Made by a program: the position numbers and the translations under genes | The notes under the pieces: model-generated | Told to the model about the DNA's origin: nothing | Database searches by the model: none | The model's input: the letters and a program-made list of their open reading frames with translations, nothing else | Shown: positions 32,552 through 42,576 of the stretch, in pieces | Layout of the letters: each line of letters begins with the position of its first letter | Numbering within the stretch: the first letter of the stretch is position 1 | Origin: an uncultured Gemmatimonadales bacterium | GTDB taxonomy: Bacteria; Gemmatimonadota; Gemmatimonadetes; Longimicrobiales; Gaopeijiaceae | NCBI GenBank assembly: GCA_963823035.1 | Contig: CAWGKG010000005.1 | Location: 183,056 to 247,055, forward strand | Direction: 5' to 3' | Length of the DNA stretch: 64,000 bases

Positions 32552-32614
32552 CACATCAGGTGAGGCGGAAGGTCGCCGCGCCTCGCGGCGCCTGCGATCC
32601 CGGAGGTCGAACGG

Positions 32615-33382
32615 ATGCACAGAATTCTTCGAGCGCCCCTGCGTACCGCGCTGGTCGCGGTAGCCCTCGGCGCCCTCGCGCTCCCCTCCTCGGGAGCAGC
32701 TCAACAACGGGAGCACGACTTCCTCTTCCGCACGCCCCGGGCGACCCTGGGGCTGCGCGTCGGATACGCCCGCCCGACAGCGTCGAGCGAGATCTTCGAC
32801 TTCAACAGCCAGCAGCTCACGATCGACCAGAGCGACTACGCCTCGGCCACGTGGGGCGGTGAGCTGGCGGTGCGGGTCACGCCACGCGTGGACGTGGCGA
32901 TCGACGCCGGCTACGCGAAGTCGCGTACGCTCTCGGAGATGCGCGACTATGTGGACAACAACGACCTGCCGATCCAGCAGACCACGGAATTCCGCAGGGT
33001 CCCGATCACGGCTGGCCTCAAGTTCTACCTCACCGACCGCGGGCGCTCCCTCGGGCGCTTCGCGTGGATCCCGCGTGCCTGGGCGCCCTTCGTCGGGGCC
33101 GGCGCCGGGTGGGTCTGGTACAGCTTCACGCAGAACGGCGACTTCGTGGATTTCAACACGGACAATCTCGAGATCTACACGGATCGCTACATTTCGGAGG
33201 GTCATACCCCCACGATGCACGTCTTCGGCGGGGCCGACTTGTCGCTCTCCCCGACCTTCTTCCTCACCGCCGAAGGGCGGTACTCGTGGGCGAAGGCCGA
33301 CATGAGCCAGGACTTCGTGGGCTTCGATCGCATGGACCTGTCGGGCTTCCAGGCCACGGCGGGCATCTCGGTCCGGTTCTGA
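32615..33382 (+). CDS. Outer-membrane beta-barrel protein (OMP_b-brl-like, ~8 strands)
   Basis: Signal peptide; amphipathic strands; PFVGAGAG; C-terminal GISVRF. Confidence 0.8.
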   Translation: MHRILRAPLRTALVAVALGALALPSSGAAQQREHDFLFRTPRATLGLRVGYARPTASSEIFDFNSQQLTIDQSDYASATWGGELAVRVTPRVDVAIDAGYAKSRTLSEMRDYVDNNDLPIQQTTEFRRVPITAGLKFYLTDRGRSLGRFAWIPRAWAPFVGAGAGWVWYSFTQNGDFVDFNTDNLEIYTDRYISEGHTPTMHVFGGADLSLSPTFFLTAEGRYSWAKADMSQDFVGFDRMDLSGFQATAGISVRF

Positions 33383-33399
33383 CCGGAAAGGAAACGACC

Positions 33400-34602
33400 A
33401 TGGCGAATCATCGATTCAACGGACTGCACGCCGCGGCGGTGGCGCTGGCACTGGCGCTCGCCCCCGGCCTCGCGTCGGCGCAGAAGACGGATGCGCGCCT
33501 GCTTCCCTGGCTGGGCTGCTGGGAGCCCGCCAACGGGGCCGACGCCGGCGACCTGCTGTGCGTTCGCCCGGCGACCCAGGATGCGGCCGTCGAGGTCGTC
33601 CGTCTCGCCGGCAGCGAGATCGTGTCGCGCGAGCTGGTCTGGGCGGACGGCGCACGCCACGAGACCGAGCGCGCCGACTGCACCGGCTGGGAGGAGGGGA
33701 CGTTCTCGAAGGACGGCCGCAGGCTGTTCCTGAGCTCCGAGCACACCTGCGCGTCCTCCACCGAGCAGGGCGGGGGGATCATGGCGATCGCATCGCCGAA
33801 CGAGTGGCTCGACATCCGCGTCGCCGGGCAGGACGACGACGTGATGGCGTGGGTGCAGCGCTACCAGCTCGCGAGCGCCGAGAAGACCGAGGCCGCCGGC
33901 TTCGGCGACGTCCTCGACGACCTATGGAGCGCGCGCACGGCGCGCATGGTGGCCTCGGCGCCCCTCGACGTGGACGACGTGATCGAAGCGAACGAGCAGG
34001 TGCCGCACCAGGCGGTCGAAGCGCTGCTGGCCGAGCGGGGCGATCAGCTCGCCCTCAGCTCGGACGAGCTCCTGCGCATGACCGACGCCGGCGTTCCCGC
34101 AAGCACGATCGACGTGGCCGTGGCGGTGAGCTATCCGGAGACCTTCCAGGTCGCGCAGGGTGATCGTCCGGAGCGCGCGGCGGTCGACGAGGGCGTCCTC
34201 AATGGACGTTCGGGGCGGCGCGGGTACGGCTCCTACGACCCGTTCTTCTACGACCCGTTCTACCGCTACGGGTACGGGTACGGGTATGGCTACGGCGGGT
34301 ATGGTTACGGCGGGTACGGCTACGGTGGGTACGGTTACGGCGGGTACGGCTACGTGCCGACCGTGGTGGTCGTCGATCGTCAGCCCACGCAGCACGGGCG
34401 CGTGGTGAACGGCCGCGGCTACACCCGCGGAGGCAGCGGAAGCTCCACGGGCGGCGCGTCGCGCACCTACGTACCGTCCGGTGGCCGCCCGGCGGCCGCG
34501 CCGCGGAGCGGTGGCTCCACCAGCGGCGGAACGGCCGCGCGTTCCGGGGGTTCTAGCGGATCCACCCGGACCGCCAAGCCGAGGGGTGGACGCGGGGGCT
34601 GA
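33400..34602 (+). CDS. Secreted hypothetical protein with a Tyr/Gly repeat and a Gly/Ser/Arg tail
   Basis: RBS AAGGA; signal peptide ...PGLASA-Q; WLGCW domain with 4 Cys; YGYGYGYGY(GGYGY)4; GGSGSS/RGG-rich end. Confidence 0.8.
   Translation: MANHRFNGLHAAAVALALALAPGLASAQKTDARLLPWLGCWEPANGADAGDLLCVRPATQDAAVEVVRLAGSEIVSRELVWADGARHETERADCTGWEEGTFSKDGRRLFLSSEHTCASSTEQGGGIMAIASPNEWLDIRVAGQDDDVMAWVQRYQLASAEKTEAAGFGDVLDDLWSARTARMVASAPLDVDDVIEANEQVPHQAVEALLAERGDQLALSSDELLRMTDAGVPASTIDVAVAVSYPETFQVAQGDRPERAAVDEGVLNGRSGRRGYGSYDPFFYDPFYRYGYGYGYGYGGYGYGGYGYGGYGYGGYGYVPTVVVVDRQPTQHGRVVNGRGYTRGGSGSSTGGASRTYVPSGGRPAAAPRSGGSTSGGTAARSGGSSGSTRTAKPRGGRGG
34267..34353 (+). repeat. Coding tandem repeat (YG)n then (GGYGY)x4, 15-nt unit
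   Basis: tacgggtacgggtacgggtatggctac ggcgggtatggttac ggcgggtacggctac ggtgggtacggttac ggcgggtacggctac; synonymous variation between units. Confidence 0.9.
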
Positions 34603-34630
34603 GCTTCACGGCGCCATGGTCGGCCGAAGC

Positions 34631-34672
34631 AAAGCGGCCCCGGGACCCTGGACTCTCCCGGGGCCGCTCTTC
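34631..34672 (+). terminator. Terminator-like hairpin
   Basis: AGCGGCCCCGGGA...TCCCGGGGCCGCT followed by CTT. Confidence 0.55.
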
Positions 34673-34740
34673 ATCCGGCGACCCGAGCGTGTCGCCGCGG
34701 CAGCGGTGTGGCGTAAACTCTCACCACCGGAGGAATCACG

Positions 34741-35139
34741 ATGCGAAGCCTAGTCCGGCTCTTCCTCGTCGGGGCGGCCCTTGCGTGGGCCGGCTCCCTC
34801 AGCAATCTGGCCGCGCAGGAGCAGGAGAAGGGACCAGAAACGGTCGTTCTCTCCGGAGCCGCCCTGGGCTCCGTGACGTTCAAGCACGCGGCTCACCAGG
34901 AGCTGACCGAGTGCGCCACGTGCCATCACGCGTCGCGCCCGGAGAAGCCGTTGAGCGCGGAGCACGAGGCGTGCTCGAAGTGCCACACCAATCCTCCCGT
35001 TGCACCGATGACCACGAGCATCCGTGACGCGTTCCACAACCAGACCGCGAAGGCGGGCGTTTGTGTGGAGTGCCACGTCAAGGAGGCCGCGGCGGGCAAG
35101 GCGGCGCCGGCGAAGTGCGGCGACTGCCATAAGAAGTAG
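34741..35139 (+). CDS. Periplasmic tetraheme class III cytochrome c (cytochrome c3-like)
   Basis: RBS GGAGGA; signal peptide; VTFKHAAH, CATCHH, CSKCH, DAFH, CVECH, CGDCH. Confidence 0.9.
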   Translation: MRSLVRLFLVGAALAWAGSLSNLAAQEQEKGPETVVLSGAALGSVTFKHAAHQELTECATCHHASRPEKPLSAEHEACSKCHTNPPVAPMTTSIRDAFHNQTAKAGVCVECHVKEAAAGKAAPAKCGDCHKK

Positions 35140-35206
35140 AGCACGTAGCGGTACCCGGGTCCGCCGGGCTCGGTGGTGCGTGGGGACGCCCAGCCGGCCC
35201 CCGCCG

Positions 35207-36183
35207 TCAGTCGCTGCCGGAGTGGCACTCCGTGCAGTCGACCTCCTTCCACGCGCCTCCGATGTCGACCGGATGCCGGAACTCGAGGCCCTGCGGGGAG
35301 ATCGTCTCCGACTCCGGCCCGTGGCCCTGCCCAATGAGGATGTGGCAGGCATCTTCTGCTGATACACGCGCTGCAGCTCGGCGATCGCCTGGCGCACGGC
35401 GGCGCTGTCGGCCTCGTCGCGGAACGCGCGGCCACCTTCGCGACCCTCCCTGCGCCGAGTCCACCTGCGCCGGGGTGAGCGGCGCGTCCGCCGATTGATA
35501 GACGGTCGCCTTGCCGGCCTGCTGTCCCAGTGACACTGCTCACAGGTCTGCTGCGCCGGCCGCAGGTTCTTCACCGGGGTCGGGATCGGTTTCGGGTACT
35601 TGTTGAAGAGCGTCGCGTACACCTGCCAGGTGCCGGAGAGTTTCGACTTCACGAACCAGCTCGTGCCGGGACCGATGTGGCACTGGACGCAGGCGACGCG
35701 CGCGTGGGGGGAGAATTCGTAGGCTGTGTACTCCGGCCTCATCACGGTATGGCAGGTCCGACCGCAGAACGACACCGACTCGGTGAAGGTGTAGGTCCGG
35801 AAGCTCCCGATCGCCGTGACGAGGAGGAAGACGAAGACCGCCACGCTCCACACCACGAACGCCCGCCGATGGCGCGGATCGCCGAAGTCGATGCATAGGC
35901 GCTGCGATGCCTCGCCGGGAGCGAGCCGACGCCGCCGGCGCCGCTCCACCACCACCCCCAACGCGACCAGCGCGAGGCCCCCGACCAGGAACGCCGGGGC
36001 CACGAGGTAGGTCAGGATGCCGACGTAGGGATTGCCGAACCCGCGCGCGGCGTCGATCGCGATCAGCGTCAGCGCTGCGAAGAAGCTGCTCGCCGCGAGG
36101 ATGATGCCGAACGTGCTGATCCAGTTGTGGATCAGGCGGGCCGGGTGCGCCGACGGGTCGCTTTCACGAGCCGGTCGGTCCAT
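35207..36183 (-). pseudogene. NapC/NirT-family membrane-anchored multiheme cytochrome with internal deletions and frameshifts
   Basis: Three N-terminal TMs; FCGRTCH, SPHARVACVQCHIG, CEQCHW; then only short out-of-frame pieces and a terminal FRHPVDIG...CTECH. Confidence 0.7.
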
Positions 36184-36284
36184 GGTTTCCTCCCTTGGCC
36201 CTCAACATCGCCCGCGACGAGCGCGCTCGCCACCCCGCGGGCTCCACGCCGTGCCCCGCTCCCGGTCGGCCACGCACCACGCAA

Positions 36285-36320
36285 GAAGGGCCCGGCCTCT
36301 CTTCCGAGGCCGGGCCCTCT
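36285..36320 (-). terminator. Terminator of the Omp85-fusion gene
   Basis: AGGGCCCGGCCTC...GAGGCCGGGCCCT, followed by TCTT on the minus strand. Confidence 0.55.
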
Positions 36321-36360
36321 CCAGCATCGCCGACGCGCGGCGCCTACACCTTGCGCCCTC

Positions 36361-39300
36361 CTACCACCCCGGAGCCAGGTTGAAGCCCCAGTGCCAGCCC
36401 TTTCCGGCCGCTGCCACGGGTAGGCGTAGTAGGCCTCGAGGATCATGAACCCGAGGATGTTGAAGCGGGCGGAGACACCGGTGGACACGACCGGGATCCG
36501 TTCCGAGGAGGATCGGCTCCACTCGAGCTTGGCGGGATTCTGGTCGTCCCACGCAAGCCCACCGTCCGCGAACAGCACCAGCTCGGTGGGCAGGAAGGGG
36601 AAGTTGATGATCCCGTACTGCTCCACGCCGATGAGCGGGATGCGCGCCTCGAGGTTGGCCACGGCCAGCCGCTGCCCGAAGAGGCGGTTGAACGCCGGGC
36701 AGGAGTTGTCCGCGGTGGCGGTGGCGGCACACTCGTTCCCGGAGAAGCTCTCGTAGGCGTAGCCGCGGATGAACGTCTCGTAGCCCAGGAAGAGCGGCCG
36801 CAGGAGGCCGAAGCCGTCCTGGCTGTTCTCCTCCGCGGAGAGGCCGTAGCGCCCGAAGTGCAGCCCGCGCATGCCGATGGTCAGGTTCTTGGTCGGGCTG
36901 TAGTAGCGGCGCCAGTCCGCGATGATCGTCGTGAAGTTCGCCGTCCCCCAGGTCTGCTCCACCTCGAGGCGGTAGCGTCCCCCACGGATCGGGCTGACGA
37001 AGCCGAAGAAGGCGTTGTCACCCACGATGGCCGCCGAGGTCTGGAACATGTTCAGGGGAGGCGGCGTCTGGTCGTTCAGGTTCTCCCGCTTGAAGTCGAT
37101 CACCTGCCCGAAATCGTTGACGTAGTACTTGTCGATCTCGAGGTCGTAGCTGTAGCGGGTTGCCCCGGCGGAGAACTCGATCCGTCTCGTCGACGAGAAC
37201 GGATAGGAGACCTGCCCCTGCGCCGAGGTCTGGAAGATCCGGTAGCGGTTCAGGCCGCAGGTAGTTCCCGGTGTCGTCGGTCCCGTAGTTGTAGTACCCG
37301 AGCAGGTAGGGGATACGGCCTCCGCCCACGCCCCAGTTCCACCGATGCGACATGTTCGCGTAGAACACCTGGCCGCCGATGTCCTTGAACGTCCCCTGCG
37401 CCTGGACGGCCACACCCAGCACCCGATTGCCCAGCATGTCGCTGAAGTAGGCGGACGCACCCCCTCCGATGTAGTTCCCGAAGTTGTCCGTCCCGACACC
37501 GAGGCTCGGCTGGCCCACGTAGTCCAGCGACAGCGACGAGTCGTAGTCCTTCGTGTCCTGCTGCAGGGAGTAGACCCCCGGCGCCACCAGCCCGGTCTCG
37601 GCGTCGGCCAGATAGGACGCCACCCGGCTGAACCGATCGGGATTGGTCGGCACCAGCTTGCGGCCCGGCTGCTCGTCGGCCCGCTCCGGCACCTGCGCGA
37701 CCGTCCCCATGTCCGGATCCATGCCGTTCACGTGGAACTCGAGCGAGTCGAAGACCGAGAACGCCATCCGCCCCGTCTTCGCGGCCACGGTCATCGCGGG
37801 CGAGATGTAGGTGTGCCCGCTCACGCCCGTCGCGATGTTCGTGATCCGCCGCACGTCCCCGTTTTCGAGGTCCAGCCGGTAGATGTCGCTGAACCCGTCC
37901 TGGTCGGAGATGAAGAAGAGGCTCCGTCCGTCGGGCGAATACTGCGGGTTGATGTGCTTGACGTTCCCGAACACGGGGACGACGCGGACCTGCTTCGTGC
38001 TCAGGTCCATCATCGCCAGCTGGAAGCGGGAGTAGGTCAGCTTCCCGAAGTTCGTCTCCGGACCGCGGTCCGACGTGAACGCCAGCGTCTTCCCGTCGGG
38101 CGACCAGGCGGGCTGCAGGTCCGCGAACTTGTCGTTGGTCAGCTGGGTCCGCTCGCCGGACTCCAGGTCGTACAGGTAGAGGTCGCTGATGCCGCCGACC
38201 ATCCCGGAGAAGGCGATCGTCTTCCCGTCCGGCGACCACGCCGGGTTGTTCACGGCGCCGATGCCGTCGAAGCGGATGCGCTGCGTCTCGTCGCCGCTCG
38301 TCACGTCGACGATCACCATCTGGTTGTCACCGTCCGCCGTCACGATGAAGGCGAAGTAGCGGCCGTCCGGAGACCACGTGCCGGACGAGTCGATGTAGCG
38401 CAGCGCCTCGATGTGCGGGTCCGAGTTGGCGCTCACGAGCTTCCGGATGATCTGGCCGGTGTGCGCGTCCGCGAGGTAGAGGTCGACGGTGAAGAGGTCC
38501 TTCTGCGACAGCGCCGCGACGTAGCGCCCGTCCGGGCTGATCGAGGGCGCGACGTTCATCGGGCCCCACCCCGTCGCCGGGGCGAGGAGGAGGTCGCCTG
38601 TCTCCGAGGGCGACGTCTTGCCCACCATCAGGGGGAGGTACTCCTCCGCCACCTTCTCCTTCCAGCGGATGGAGAGCGAGTCGGTCGGCATCCCGATCAC
38701 CTGGCGGATGGCCGGCTCGAACCCGACCCGCAGCGAGCGCCGGTAGATCTGGATGACGGCGTCGTCTCCGTAGGTGCCGCCGATGTAGGCCCAGAGCGCC
38801 TGGCCGAAGCGGTAGGGGAAGAACTTCGTCGTGCGCGTCATCTGCTTGATGGTCGGCAGCTCGTCGCGCCGGATGGCGTCGCGGATCCACATCGCCGTCA
38901 GCGGGTCGTCACGACCGACCGAGAGGTACTCCGCCATGCCCTCGATCAACCAGAGGGGGAGCGAGTTGAGGCCCTGCAGGCCGCCCCCGCGCCGCGACTG
39001 GGCGATGTTGTACTGGAAGGCGTGCACGAGCTCGTGGCCGAGGACGTGGTCGGTGTCCCAGTAGGACCCCGTGAGCGGCATGATCACGCGGTTCTTCAGC
39101 GACTCGGTCACGCCGCCGGTGCCCTCGCCGATGGACCCGGAGAGCGTGTTGGTCTGCTGGAAGTCCGGATGGTCGGCGTAGATGATCACCGGCTTCGCCT
39201 GCTCGAACTCGTGCTGGAACGAGCGCGCGTACCGCTCGTACCACCGCTCCCCCATGCGCGCGACGTCTTCCACCGCCTCACCCTCGACCGGGTAGTAGTA

Positions 39301-39471
39301 GAAGTTGAAGTGCTCGGTGGGGAGGATCGAGAACGAGAAGTCCTGGTACTGGACCTTGTTGCGACCGAAATACTGCGCCGATCCAGCCTGCGGAGCGACT
39401 GCCAGCGCCGCGCCGGCCAGCGCGAGTGCCAACACGCCGACGCCGGGGCGGAAACCGCGAGTGTACTGCAT
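36361..39471 (-). CDS. Peptidase MA-like + PD40/TolB propeller + Omp85 (BamA/TamA-like) barrel protein (frameshifts ~37255 and ~36405)
   Basis: Signal peptide; QYFGRNKVQY; HELVH...WLIEGMAEY; multiple PAWSPDG; IRGY loop; C-terminal WGFNLAPGW. Confidence 0.85.
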
Positions 39472-39685
39472 GGTCGTCTTGCCTCTGGCCTGTGGAAACT
39501 GCCGCGCGAACGGCAGTATGCGGTCCCTGCCGCCACGGTTAGAAAACCCCGCAATCCCGGGCACCGTTCCAATCGTGCGTTGCCCGACAGGGCGGCCCCA
39601 CCGAGATTTCGCGGGCTCTTCCGGACGGCGGACGAGCAAGAAGCTTGCCCGCCGCCCACCGCGCTCATGCCGTCACCTACGTCCG

Positions 39686-40926
39686 ATGTCCATTCGCCTT
39701 TCGTTGTTAGCGCTTGTCGCGCTCGGTGCTTGTTCGCACGCCGATCGGACCTCCTCGTCGCGGGGGCTCGTCCACGCGATCGAGTCGCCCGCAGGAGTGG
39801 GCAGTGGCGAGCCGTATCTGTCCACCTCGGAGGACGCCGTGGCCCTGAGCTGGCTCGAGGCGACGCCCGACGGAGGAACGGCGCTTCGCTTCGCCCGGCT
39901 GACCCGGACCGGGTGGGGCACGCCCCTCCGCGTCGTCGCCGGCCAGGACCTCCTCGTGAACTGGGCGGACTTCCCGTCGGTGATCGGTCGGGCGAGCGAC
40001 GGTGCGCTGTGGGCGCACTGGCTCGTGAAACGAAGCGGGCCCGGCTTCGCCTACGACATCCGGCTCGCCTCGTCGAGAGACGGCGGCTCGACCTGGTCCG
40101 AAGCCTGGACGCCCCACGAGGACGGCACCGCGACCGAGCACGGCTTCGTCAGCCTCTTCCCGGACGGGAAGGGGATCGGCCTCGTGTGGCTCGACGGGCG
40201 CGGCTACGCCGAGGGGCCCGACGGCGGCGTCCCCCACCCAGGAGATGACGCTCCGCCACCGGACCGTGGACGCGCGGTGGGCCGACCAGCCCGGACATCC
40301 TCCTGGACGGGCGGACCTGCGATTGCTGCCAGACGGACGCGGCGCGCACGTCGGATGGCGTGGTGGTGGTCTACCGCGACCGTAGCGTGGAAGGCATCCG
40401 CGACATCCACGTGATGCGACGGGTCGACGGCCGCTGGACCGCGGGCACGCCGGTGCACACCGACGGGTGGGCCATCGACGGCTGCCCGGTGAACGGACCC
40501 GCGGTGGATGCGCGCGGCGACCGCGTCGCGGTGGCCTGGTTCACGGGTGCGAACGACCAGCCGCGCGTCTACCTGGCCTACTCGGGGGACGGCGGCGCTT
40601 CCTTCGGGGATCCGATCCGCGTGGATGACGGCGACCCCTCCGGCCGGGTGGACGTCCGCATGCTCATGGACGGCAGCACCTTGGTGAGCTGGCTGGAACG
40701 CGATGCCGGAGGGAGCGCGGCGCTGCGGATCGCACCCTTCGACGCGGGTGGCCGCAGGGGCGAGCCCGTATCCGTGGCGGCCTCTTCGGCGGAGCGAGCG
40801 AGCGGCTTCCCCCGCATGGCGATCGTGCCGTGGAGCCCCGGTGAGGTCGTCGTCGCCTGGACCGACGTGTCCGTTGCGGACCGCCCGCAGGTCCGTCTGG
40901 CACGCGTGGAGGTGCCCGCATCATGA
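39686..40926 (+). CDS. BNR/sialidase-like beta-propeller lipoprotein with CDCC and GCPVNGP motifs (frameshift ~40230-40300)
   Basis: Lipobox LGAC; Asp-boxes SRDGGSTW and SGDGGASF; VNWADFP, TEHGFVS, RTCDCCQT, IRDI, GCPVNGP. Confidence 0.8.
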
Positions 40927-41459
40927 CGGCCCGCTTCGAACCGCGGACGGTCCGGGGCCTCCTCTCGGCGGCAGCCTTCGTGGCGCTCGCGGCCCTCGCG
41001 GCGTGCGGGAGCGGCGAGGCGGCGGGACCCCGCGTCGGCGCTCCGGCGCCCGAATACACGGCCGCGACCCTCACGGGCGACAGCGTGTCCCTCGCGTCGC
41101 TCCGCGGCCAGGTGGTGCTGGTCAACCTGTGGGCCACCTGGTGCGCGCCGTGCCGGCACGAGACCCCGTACCTGCAGTCACTCTCGATGGAGCACGGGGA
41201 CGACGGGCTGGCGATCGTCGGCATCTCGATGGACACGGGAGACGCTCGCGACCAGGTCGAAGAGTTCGTCCAGGAGTACGGCGTGACGTACCGCATTCTG
41301 GTGGATCCCCAGATGCGCGGCATGGACACCTGGCACGTGCTCGGGCTCCCGGCGTCCTTCCTCATCGACCGCGAGGGCACGCTCCGCTGGATGCGTTTCG
41401 GGCCGGTGTCCGCGGACGACGCGGAGTTCACGGACGCCCTCGGGACGCTCCTCCAGTGA
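40923..41459 (+). CDS. TlpA-family thiol-disulfide oxidoreductase lipoprotein
   Basis: LAAC lipobox; LVNLWATWCAPC; GLPASFLIDREG. Confidence 0.92.
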   Translation: MTARFEPRTVRGLLSAAAFVALAALAACGSGEAAGPRVGAPAPEYTAATLTGDSVSLASLRGQVVLVNLWATWCAPCRHETPYLQSLSMEHGDDGLAIVGISMDTGDARDQVEEFVQEYGVTYRILVDPQMRGMDTWHVLGLPASFLIDREGTLRWMRFGPVSADDAEFTDALGTLLQ

Positions 41460-42576
41460 GCGGCGCGGCCACGGTGCCGACCGAGGCGGATCCGGCGACG
41501 ATCGAGACGCCGATCGGCTTCGTGGACCTCGCGAGGACCCGCGCGAACGCGGCACGCGTCGCGCGGTACGCCCGCGAGCACGGCCTCGGTTGGCGGCCGC
41601 ACATCAAGACGCACAAATCGCGGGCCGTCGCGCGTATCCAGTTGGACGCGGGAGCGCGGGGGCTCACCGTGGCCACGCTGCGCGAAGCCGAGGTCATGGC
41701 GGAGCTCACGCCGGACCTCCTCCTGGCCTATCCGCCGGTGGGCGCGGCGAAGCTCGACCGGCTCGTCCGGCTGCCGCGGGACGTGGACCTCAAGGTGGCG
41801 CTCGACGCGAGGGAGGTGCTCGGAGCCGCTCGCCGCCGCCGCGGCCGCGCGCGGGGCGCACCGTCGGGATCCTGGTGGAGATGGACATGGGTCTCGGCCG
41901 CGTCGGCGTGCAGGACGCCGACGCCCTGGTGGCCCTCGCGCGCGCTGCCGCGACGACCGCGGGCGTCGCCTTCCGCGGGATGATGTTCTATCCGGGCCAC
42001 ATCCGCATGGCCGAGGACGACCAGACGCCCCATCTCGCCGCCGTCGCGGCACGGGTGGCCGAGGCGCTGCACGCGCTGCGGACGGCCGGGCTCGAGCCCG
42101 AGATCGTCTCGGGCGGCTCCACCCCGACGCTGTGGCGGAGCCACGAGATCCCCGGAATGACCGAGATCCGCTCGGGCTCGTGCATCTTCTTCGACCGCGA
42201 GGCGCTCGACGTGGGCGTGGCGGCCGGCGCCGACCTGGCCTACACGGTGCTCGCGACGGTCGTGAGCACGGCCGTGCCCGGGAAGGCCGTGGTGGACGCG
42301 GGGTCCAAGGCGCTGGCGAAGGAGGGAAGGGGGGGCGACGGCTTCGGCATCCTCCTCGACCGCCCCGACGTCGTGGTGACCTCGCTCTCCGAGGAGCACG
42401 GCGTCCTGGACCTCGGCGACTCCGGGTGGCGGCCGGCGATCGGAGAGCGGGTGCGCATCGTCCCCAACCACGTGTGCGTTTCCGTGAACCTCCAGGAGCA
42501 GCTCCTCACGGTGGACGACGGGTCCTTCTCCCTCCTGCCGCTCGAAGGGAGAGGGAGAGCGCCATGGAACGGCTGA
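41456..42576 (+). CDS. DSD1/D-threonine aldolase-family PLP enzyme (fold type III; frameshift ~41830-41860)
   Basis: WRPHIKTHKS, ATLREAE, SGGSTPT, DAGSKAL, LSEEHG, PNHVC. Confidence 0.9.

Noticed and set aside
34222..34353. Short tandem repeats as a possible CRISPR array or non-coding VNTR
   Set aside because: There are no spacers; the repeats are in-frame coding units of the YG tract.
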